From NCBI RefSeq assembly GCF_001194135.2, contig NC_069001.1, positions 18,709,627-18,773,626 on the forward strand: a stretch of DNA of 64,000 bases. Reading direction: 5' to 3'. A program made the position numbers and the translations under genes. Below the pieces are notes generated by a model, which did not search any database, was not told where the DNA came from, and saw nothing but the letters and a program-made list of their open reading frames with translations. Below, piece by piece: positions 51,071 through 64,000 of the stretch. Source of the DNA: Octopus bimaculoides. Its lineage: Eukaryota. The stretch's first letter is position 1. Each line of letters opens with the position of its first letter.

Positions 51071-52064
51071 ATTAAGCCTGCCACATTATACAGTGTAGGC
51101 CTCACACACTTTAGCAGATGCTACTACAGAAGATTTTTTTTCCTTTTGTCTTGATAAATTGATCACAGACATAGCAAAATGCCAGATGCTTGCACCCTCT
51201 TGATGGCACCTGTAATAAATGCAAAGCAGCCAATTCTCTTTGACAGCTAGAGCTAAACCAAACCAGTGAGTTTAAGAGTTTAAGGTCCCTCTATTTACAT
51301 AACTGTTTATATTACAGAAAAGTTCTTGAAAATTCTAGTAAGTTTTAAAAAATCATTGAATAATTAAGAAAATTCTTCTTCAACACCATATAGTGTTTTC
51401 CATTCTCTCATCAATGTCACTGTTTGTTATCAATGTCCTGCTTATATTCCTCCACATAGCTAGGTTAATATTGGTCAGAGAAGGTGAGCAACAGACAGAT
51501 GCCACAAACAATATATCATCATTTAACATTCATTCTCCATGCTGACCTGCATTGGATGGACTAAGAGAATCTGAGTTGGAAGACTTCACTGTGCTCCAAT
51601 ATCTCTTTTAGCATGGTGTCTACAGTTGGATGCCTTTCTTAATGCCAACCAATTTATAATACTTTATCATGGCAGCAGCATTAGTGAGATCACCTTACAA
51701 CTTGCAAGACTAAAGGGCCTTAAGGGGGAAACCTACAACTGAAGGAGAACAGGAAAGAGGGAGAGACAAAGAGAGAGTGACGATTTTATGCAAGAGAGAG
51801 AGAGTGAAGTATGATGAGAGTAACAGATTTACAGTTGTGAGAGATTGTTGGTGGAAAGGGCAACTGAGGATACATTGTAAGATGGAAAAGTATGGAAAGG
51901 ATAGGAGAAAGGGTAGGGGTTAAGGATAAAGAGAGAGACAGAATGATAAGGGTAATGAGGTGGATTGTGTAGTTGGAGTTCAGGGTTATCTCATATAAAA
52001 AGGTGAGTATGGGTGGATTGTGTGAATGGAAGGGAACACACACACACATGTGCATATATACACC

Positions 52065-52225
52065 GTGAAGGCACATGGCTCAGTAGTTAGAGCATTGGAC
52101 ATACAGTCATGAAGTTGTGAGTTTGATCTCTGGACCAGGCTGTGTGTTGTGTTCTTGAGAGCATGATACTTTATTTCCCATTGCTCCAGTTCATTCAGCT
52201 GTAGAAATGAGTTGCAATCTCACTG
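52065..52225 (+). mobile_element. SINE family 1, 5' part
   Basis: Closely matches 349-480. Confidence 0.85.
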
Positions 52226-52430
52226 TTTCTTTTTTTATATCTTCCCTAAAACTATGAATGAGTCTATGGTTTAATGTTGAATGAATATACTGTTTCTTCA
52301 TTTCTTGTTTCCTTTAATTTGTATTTTTGTTTGTAATTTTATTTCTTTGTGTAATGCTAAAAATAGTATTTTGGCCTAGGCATAAAATGTGGAGAATCAA
52401 AACATGATATTGCAGAGCATTTGATTCAAT

Positions 52431-52549
52431 TTACCTGAAAATATGCAGATGCTACTATCACTGAGTAATATTAATGCAATGTTGTTTATAATAAACGTAA
52501 CATTCTGCATTGAACAGCTGGTAATGGTGCATTGAAACAATAGTTGTGA
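52431..52549 (+). ncRNA. Degenerate hammerhead-like motif, family of 60137/61062
   Basis: TTAC-CTGAAAA-T-ATGC...GCAT-T-GAAAC-AATA-GTT-GTGA; downstream AATAAAGCCTGT tail shared with the 60 kb copy. Confidence 0.5.
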
Positions 52550-52775
52550 TATGTAATAAAGCCTGTCCAATCCATATTCTTGTATTAATAAGTTTTGTAT
52601 ACTCGTATACATTACACACACACACAAACATTATCTAAAACAGTTTGATTCATTTCCATTCGACTTAAAGTTTTTCAGGAGCTTTGGATTATCTGCAAAA
52701 CTTTAAGTTGCATGGAACTGAATCAACTTGTTTTAAATAATACATGTAACTCCTACTAAATGTGTTTGTTCACTC

Positions 52776-52846
<71 letters not shown>

Positions 52847-52869
52847 ATGTATGTATACAAGAATAAGAT

Positions 52870-53586
52870 GGCAGAAATTCAGAGAGCTGTTACCGCTGTT
52901 GGCTATGGAAGGTCTCTCTCTCTCTCACTCTGAGAGAAATGAAGATTGTATGATGCATGTATACAGACAGCAATTCTACTTGGTAGTGAGACGTCGGCCC
53001 TGAATGCAGAGAACATGTGAAGGTTAGAGAGAAATGAGGCTAGCATGTTCCACTGGATGTGTAATGTAATATAAGTACGACAGATTGCTAGTGTATTGAG
53101 AGAGAGGTTAGGCATAAGAGGAATTAGTTTGGTCTTGTGAGGCAATGGATGCTGACAGCTCCATAAAGAAATGCTGAAATAGATAGAACCTGTGGAAGTG
53201 GGAGACCCAGGAAGATATGGGATGAAGTACTGAAGGACAACCTAAGGACGCTGAACCTTTCAGGCAAGATGACAAAAGAATGAGATGCCTGGTGCCTTGC
53301 TGTCCTCAATAACAGAATTGTTAAAGCCACTCCCCACTGGTGAAGAGGATTGGCCTGCAAGAGTCCTGTGCCAGTGCCACATAAAAGTGCTCATGCAGTT
53401 CCACATAAAAGCACCCAGCACACACTGTAAATTGGTTGGCATTAGGAAGGGCATCCAGCAGTAGAAACCATACTAAATCAGACTGGAGCCTGGTGTAGCT
53501 TTCCAGCTTACTGCTTCTGGTCAAACTGTCCAACTCATGCCAGCATGGACAATGGACATTAAATGATGGTGATGATGATGATGATG

Positions 53587-53590
<4 letters not shown>
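52870..53590 (+). mobile_element. RTE LINE 3' end with (GAT)n tail
   Basis: Same C-terminal and UTR motifs as 40735-42025. Confidence 0.85.
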
Positions 53591-53630
<40 letters not shown>

Positions 53631-53634
53631 TATT

Positions 53635-54285
53635 CAAATATAAAATAGAAGCAGCACTAGTGTAATAAATATTACCAACCACATATACTTATCATATGTG
53701 CTTCATGTATTTGGCTGTTTGGCAGTAGGCTGCAATCCTGTTTTGGTATGTGATGTTGATAAACCATAAAAATGGTGAAACATCAATGTCCATCATTCCT
53801 GGATGGGGTTAGTGGTGAGTTATTTTGCCTGTCTGTGAATTTTAAGTGTTTTAGCACCTGGTGCTTTGAGTGAGTATTCTCCACCATTGCCTACCAGCAA
53901 ATATATGGCATTTATACATTAAGGATATGTGGTTGATAATGTTGTTTATTGCACTACTACTACTTCTATTTCATATTTAAATCTATTTTTATGTATGCAT
54001 TGTCTGGGTAAGCTTGCACATAATTTTCATGGTATATGCATATAAGGTGTGGACTGGTGATGAGATTCATCTCTGATCTTGTTCAGGTACATGATGTTGA
54101 TAAGCTAAAACTTGATGTCCATCACTCCTGGATAGGATTGGAGGTGAGTTATCTTGCCTGTCTATGACTTTCAGGTGTTTTAACACCCAGCACTTTGAGA
54201 AAGTACTCCCACCATGCCAGACTGCAGCCTACTAGCAAATACACCAAGCATATATGTTAAGTATATGTGATTGATAATATATATA
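53635..54285. repeat. Foldback unit (53635-53985) plus a tandem second copy of its interior (about 54080-54280)
   Basis: AAATATAAAATAGAAG...CAACCACATAT / ATATGTGGTTG...CTTCTATTTCATATTT; interior TGATGTTGATAA...GTGAGTTAT..TGCCTGTCT repeated. Confidence 0.7.
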
Positions 54286-54499
54286 TTGATTTCAAATTTT
54301 GGTGCAAGGCCAGCAAGTTCGAGGCAGGGATAAATTGATTACATCAACCCTCAGGACTCAACTGGTACTTTATTTTATTGACCCCAAAAAGATGAAAGGC
54401 AAAATTGACCTCCGCAACGTTTGAACTCAGTATGTAAAGCATTTTGTCTGGTGTGTCTATATATATATATATTAAAGTAATAAAGTTAATGTTCGGTCA

Positions 54500-54563
54500 T
54501 AGAGTGACCAGTGGTTTTGCATCCACAAAGGCTATAGCTTTGTGAATAACTCATCAGACTGTA
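54500..54563 (-). ncRNA. Type-I hammerhead with a G12A change
   Basis: TACAGT-CTGATGA-GTTATTCACAAAG-CTATAGC-CTTTGTGGATGC-AAAAC-CACT-GGTC-ACTCTA; 12-bp stem II, GUC site; GAAAC changed to AAAAC at a CpG. Confidence 0.7.
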
Positions 54564-54879
54564 GTGCGAAGACAAATTTATCTTTTCACCTCCAGTAGGT
54601 AGAAATCTGTTACTGTGATTGGTAATTTGGTCATCAAAAAATAGTCTGGCGTTAGTGAAGATGGGTTATCTTCCCTAGACCAGCTCTTTGTGGGTCGAGA
54701 GAGGAAAATAAGAGATCTATCCCTTAGGCTGCTATTTGATCATAAGGACTCTTCTGGGCTTAGTCCATAAACAGGGAATCCCATGCTTGCAGCAGGTAGC
54801 ACTTGAAATGGATGCATGGTGTGAAGATTTCTTGGCATGTATTCAGTGACTCAGGTTTCAGGGAATCTTTGAGTATCCT

Positions 54880-55534
54880 AGCTCCAATATGAACATTTCA
54901 GAGTGTTTGGGTCTCAATCTGAGGACAGTGCAATCTGAGGACATGTACCAAGAGTGATAAAACTCAAACATCCAGTAAACATCATGGTGTTTGGAGTGAT
55001 GGCGATTTTATGCCTCCATTCATCTTCCAACATGACCTCAGACTCAACATGGAGGTAGTGCTGCCCTGAGTCAAGAGGGTGGCTGCTGGAAGACAGTAGG
55101 ATTGCTGTCTGCCAACAGGATTCTGCACCATGTCACATAAGCAGGAGAACCCAGTCATGGCTGTCAGACAATTTCTGTGATCACACCACCCCTAGCATCT
55201 GGCCTCCTAACTCTCCAGACTGCAACCCCACTGATTATTTTGTGTGGGGCACAGTTGAGTGAGACTCCTTGTAACACCAAAGATGAACTGAAGGCAAGGA
55301 TTATAGCAACATTCATCAACGTAAACAAGGAAATCCTCCAGAAGAGTTGCAGGAGATTCTGAAGTTGTTTGGAGGCCGTAGTTGAAGCCAATGGTGATTT
55401 TAGTGAATAAATTTACTCTTTAAGTATTTCAAGATATTTTTATGTAATTTTGGTAAATATATCTTTTAAAACGAGATGTCATTGTTATTTTCATTTCTGC
55501 ATAATTTACACAGCAATATATTCACCACACCCTG
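54880..55534 (+). mobile_element. mariner-like (maT-type) deleted copy
   Basis: Same family as 35297-36318; ends CACCCTG-TA. Confidence 0.85.
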
Positions 55535-55544
55535 TATATAAAAG

Positions 55545-55812
55545 AAATTGAGTTGACAAAGGAGTAAGCAATTAGCTTATGAACTTCATTAGCTTGCAGC
55601 TGTTTCTGCTATAAGATGCAATGGACTCATAGATGAGTATCTGAGTATCACCTTATAACTTCATCGGAGCTTCACACACAAAGAGGCTCTGATAAAGCTA
55701 TAAGGTGATATTCATGCACTCAACTATGAGTCCACTGCATCTTATAGCAGAAACAGTTGTAAGCTAATGAAGTTCATAAGATAATTGTTTACACTTTTGT
55801 CAACTCAATTTT
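55545..55812. repeat. Foldback carrying two head-to-head hammerhead-like motifs (55591-55671 minus; 55685-55765 plus)
   Basis: Arms of about 128 bp; consensus AGCT-CTGATGA-AGCTATAAG...CTTATAGC-A-GAAAC-AGCT-GTA-AGCT. Confidence 0.8.
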
Positions 55813-56000
55813 TTATTACTGCTTTGTACAAGACTAATACTTTGTTCTTTGTTGCCACTGATAATAATAATAACAAGAGCACTCAGTGTGTGTGAACCTC
55901 TGCCAAGATAACACCAACATCCTCTCAATGATTAGCTGGAGATGATTTTTAAAATGAGAATATCTGACTAAAACATGTATATATATATATATATATATAT

Positions 56001-59813
<3,813 letters not shown>

Positions 59814-59847
59814 TATACATATCAACTCATGTGTTACTTTCCAATCG

Positions 59848-59888
<41 letters not shown>

Positions 59889-60085
59889 GCATACATACAC
59901 ACACACGTATGTAAATATATATGTGTAATATATATATTATGCATTTAATATTGTCTAGGTAATAACCTCTTAACGGGCATTTAAAAGCTTCTATACTGTC
60001 ATCATGTCCCATATACCATCATACAACAAGGTTATTCCTTTTACTGGATATGCACATGGAACTCTGTTAGTGTATACAAAATTTG

Positions 60086-61249
60086 CATAAAAATTTATGC
60101 AGCAAAATGATGGAATGAACAGGCTTTATTTACAAAGTACAACAATTGTTTCTGTGCAGTGATAACAGCTGTTATTTGCAGAGTTTTCCATATCATATTA
60201 TTACATAAATTATATTAATAATTACATGAATAAATAGGATCTAGCAGCAGCAGCAGCAGCTGTGTACCAGCACATCATCAGGTGATAGCTTTCATAGCAC
60301 TGCTGGATCATGTTCTGTTTCCCATCGTTTTATACAGCTTTGCATAATTAGCATTCTCTCTTTACTGAGTATCTTATAGATACATGGCAGCAAAAGTTAT
60401 AAAAATACACCCCCACCATAAAAAATAAATAAAATACATAGACAGTAAAAAATAAAAAGTTTGTCTCTTTTTTTTTTATCTTAGGATATAGACTAAAAGT
60501 ATTCACTGGAGGACATGTATTCCTATTCCTACAGTTGCATTTTTATATATTATTATTTGCAACCTGGTTTCCCCCTTATATTCCTTTTTCTGTCTTTCTT
60601 CTTATTGTAATTATTAATGTTATTACTACTATTTCTTACTTATGTAAGTGTACATGGGTAAGAGCAATTTAATCACTTCGTGTGTGGTAAGAATTTTAAT
60701 GACTGTTAAAAGACTGATGGGTACCAGGATAAGTGAAATTAAGTTTTAAGAGTAGACGAACAAGCAAGTGGATATCCTGCTGGGGTAAAATGATGACCAT
60801 TGAAGAAAAAGTTACAGACAATAATCTTCTACCTAGCTGGCTCCTTTCAAACTGCCCAACCCATGCCAGCTTGAAAGATGGACATTAAATGATAATGATG
60901 ATGGTTTCTATTTTTTGCTGCCATTATATTTTTTTGTTATTTATATAACTTGTATTGCGTTCAATCTATAAGACACTTGGTAAATTGAAAATGCTAATAA
61001 TGCAAAGGCATATAGAACAATGGGAAACTGAACATGATCCAGCAGTGCTATCAAAGCCACTCACTTGATGAAATGCTGGTACACAGCTGCTACTGCAACC
61101 TTTTTATCTTTGAACTTATTTATAAAATAATTTATGGAATAGTATGATGCAGAAAACTTAGAAACTAACAGCTGTTATGGCTGAGCAGAAGAAATTGTTG
61201 TGTTTTGTAATTCAAGCCTGTTCATTCCCTCTTCTTATAAATTTTTATG
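60086..61249. repeat. Inverted pair of hammerhead-bearing arms (60086-60356 and 60989-61249)
   Basis: Minus copy: CAC-CTGATGA-TGTGC...GCACA-GAAAC-AATT-GTT (60137-60285); the plus copy 61062-61202 is more decayed; spacer of about 630 bp. Confidence 0.7.
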
Positions 61250-61834
61250 TATGTATGTAAGTATATGTGTGTGTGTGTGTGTAAATATAAGTAAAATTCA
61301 GTTGAATTAGGTACTTAAATTGAGGCACCTCATTAGATTGGAATAATATATACATACAACATTATGTAAATGTCAAACTTGGTGCACAAGTACTGGCCAA
61401 ATGATATTCTTGCAGTGTATGTAGACAATTAGACCCAGCGGAGTGAAGAAATCTGCTCTTGACCTATTCAGACATGTATATTATATTAAGTGTACGGTCC
61501 ATAATATTTATGAAGGGCAGATTCTGAGACAGGTGAATAAAATATGAGTAACAGTAGAGGTACAGGTGTCAATCCATTATGGCTGTTTCTAACGACTCCT
61601 TTAACTGATTAATAAAAACATTACATTATTGTAAAGAAACCATTTTGGTCAGATGAATTCACGAACTTTATATTATTACATATATATATGTATATATAGA
61701 TTTTTATATATTATGTATAGGCATATATGTATATCCAAGTTTGTATGATTGTGTATAGAAGAATATATTAATCAATGAAATCCCAGCTTAGTCTGATTTT
61801 CACATTTTATCATTTACAATTTTACAATATTGAA

Positions 61835-61878
61835 ATAAACTAGTACTTTCATGCATACAACGCAGTCATCAGGTTTAT
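61835..61878 (-). ncRNA. Minimal type-I hammerhead with canonical core, family B
   Basis: ATAAAC-CTGATGA-C-TGCGT-TGT-ATGCA-T-GAAA-GTAC-TA-GTTTAT; 6-bp stem I; palindromic AGTACT stem III. Confidence 0.8.
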
Positions 61879-62580
61879 GTAGTGACAGTCATATTCCACA
61901 ATTGACAGTTGTCAATTAGGCACACATGAGCGTACTTAATAGTCATTAAGTGTTATGACCTGATCAACATCCTGAACCCATTCCAGCAATGATTGCCAAC
62001 TATCAAAGAACTTATGACCAGCAGGGGGGCTATGGATGAACTGGTCAGACACTGACACACTCTAAAGTGTGTCCTATTCTAATTCATTGTATTTTGAATC
62101 TCTCTCTATTCTTTGTATTGTATTTTTTCTCTATAATTTTTCTTTTTTTCTCCATTATTTCCTGTTTGTGCCCCCAGTCTAGCAACTTAATCTATTCCTT
62201 GCTATTCTTCATTCCTCCTCAAAGTATTTTAAATACAAATACTACCAACATGCTCTAGTTAAGCTTAAGAGTGAAATGTTAATTGTGGGGAACATTGGAA
62301 TTTATTGTATAGTTTCCCACCCAGAATGTGTTGAAACAATTGTTGTGATAAATAAAGTTTCCAGAATGTTCTATCTTTTGATTTTACTATACTCAATTGT
62401 TTTTATTATACTCAACATGCACTGTGGAACTCCTAACATAGATTCAGTGATGATTGTGCAATTACTGCGGATGATGCCAGGTAGTCATAAACAATGAACG
62501 TGCTTGGCTGGCACACTAGTTGGGACATACCTAAAATGCAATTTAAAATTTTAAGATTTAAATCTAAACTTTAATTATAA

Positions 62581-62613
<33 letters not shown>

Positions 62614-62782
62614 NNNNNNNNNNNNNNNNNNNNNNNNNNNNNNNNNNNNNNNNNNNNNNNNNNNNNNNNNNNNNNNNNNNNNNNNNNNNNNNNNNNNNNN
62701 NNNNNNNNNNNNNNNNNNNNNNNNNNNNNNNNNNNNNNNNNNNNNNNNNNNNNNNNNNNNNNNNNNNNNNNNNNNNNNNNNN

Positions 62783-63259
62783 ATGACGTTGACCACTAAC
62801 GTGGACATATAATGTGCTAGAAATAGATCACATCTTGTGTCTAAAAAGACCTAAATTGTTTTCAACATGAAATATAGCGTGATACCAAAACGTAAGCGGG
62901 CAAGACATTTAAAATCACCGAAAAGGAACATTATTAAACAGGTACCGGTTTCAAATTTAACAATTTAGCAGAACCATATACACACGCACCTATGGCGGTG
63001 GGCAACTTTGTATGGGGTTCTGATGATTATGGTTCCATTACAAATCAGGCTGAAGAGAAATATACAGTCGGTAAGATTGTTAAATTTGAAACCGGTACCT
63101 GTTTAATAATGTTCCTTTTCGGTGATTTTTAAATGTCTTGCCCACTTACGTTTTGGTATCACACTATCTTTCATGTTGAGAACAATTTAGGTCTTTTTAG
63201 ACACAAGATGTGATCTATTTCTAGCACATTAAATGTCCACGTTAGTGGTCAACATCATA
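62783..63259. repeat. Foldback with arms of about 180 bp and a hammerhead in the right arm
   Basis: Arms 62783-62965 and 63074-63259 are near-perfect reverse complements. Confidence 0.9.
63046..63101 (+). ncRNA. Type-I hammerhead with canonical core
   Basis: CAGG-CTGAAGA-G-AAAT...ATTT-GAAAC-CG-GTA-CCTG; palindromic ACCGGT stem III; weak stem II. Confidence 0.7.
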
Positions 63260-63399
63260 TATAAAAATGTACTTTAATCCCCTGAGATTGCAGATACTGT
63301 TTCTGAATCTCTTTGATTCTTTAAATGTGCTAGCTTCCTAGTAATTAATCGATATTAATTAATGTATGATTTTTTGCCATTTTTTAAAATAATAATATA

Positions 63400-63690
63400 T
63401 TTATTTATTTATGTGTTTCAGCCAAGTGGCTGCGGTCATGCTGGTGCACCGTGGTTGTCTACTCCTTATGCAGAATTTGACCACTTCCTCTCCCTACACT
63501 TTAGCACCATCATGGCATCTGATGTGGCTTTTTAAACCGGACAATGTTCTGAAAAGTTATCCACATAGATTGCACCTCCGATTCGGACCACCAAGAGCTG
63601 CAGATAAGTTCTGCTCTTTGTGGATCTTAAAATGTTTTTTGAGGCCACTGTTGGATTTGCAAACCTTCTAGCATATACTGCATTCAAAGG
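63400..63690 (-). mobile_element. Probable LINE 3' end encoding two decayed C2H2 fingers, joined to a SINE-type tail
   Basis: FECSIC*KVCKSNSGLKKHFKIH and CNLCG*LFRTLSGLKSHIRCH at 63494-63688; followed by GGTGCACCAGCATGACCGCAG...GCTGAAACACA and a (TAAA)n tail. Confidence 0.55.
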
Positions 63691-63724
63691 TGTGCACAAA
63701 CATATAAATAAAAGGTAAGATATA

Positions 63725-64000
63725 TCAGGTCATCCCATAAGTTCTGTCCGAATTTTGAATAAAGAAAACAAGTGATCAAATGTTATATTTAATTGAAATG
63801 TAATCATCAATGTACTTTCCCTGATTATCTATGACTTCCTTCCATCTATTTACAAGCTTTTTAATCCTATCAATGTAAAACTCTTTTGGTTTCAAAGCGA
63901 AGAACTCTGAAATGTCAGTTTCAACCTCCTCCTGGCTTGCAAAAGTTATGTCCACCAAATGATTCTGTAAACTACGAAACAAATGGCAGTCTGAAGGAGC
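63725..64000 (-). mobile_element. mariner (DD34D-type) transposase 3' end and TIR
   Basis: APSDCHLFRSLQNHL...FYIDRIKKLVNRWKEVIDNQGKYIDD; TA followed by the TCAGGTCATCCC TIR. Confidence 0.9.

Overview
AT-rich, microsatellite-dense, almost entirely repetitive eukaryotic DNA with several N gaps. The SINE/LINE families look like cephalopod (probably Octopus) repeats; this is an inference from recalled family patterns, not a database match. No intact host gene was found and most listed ORFs are microsatellite, gap or antisense artefacts. The window contains decayed RTE LINEs, several tRNA-type SINE families, a structurally complete Ty3/Gypsy element (LTRs, 5-bp TSD, PBS, PPT), a solo LTR, a hAT-like (hATm-type) transposon with long TIRs, about seven Tc1/mariner copies, three or four Helitron pieces and a Penelope-like element (PLE). 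The most notable signal is about 14 minimal type-I hammerhead-ribozyme-like motifs from several sequence families, all folded by hand. Several have fully canonical cores, and many lie in short ORF-less head-to-head foldback (palindromic) units whose architecture matches the inverted terminal repeats of the RT-bearing PLE at 56-59.8 kb. Other notable items are a 291-bp hairpin insertion with an 11-bp TSD inside the Gypsy pol, two local template-switch or templated-insertion scars, and a Helitron inserted at an A|T target inside the PLE RT.
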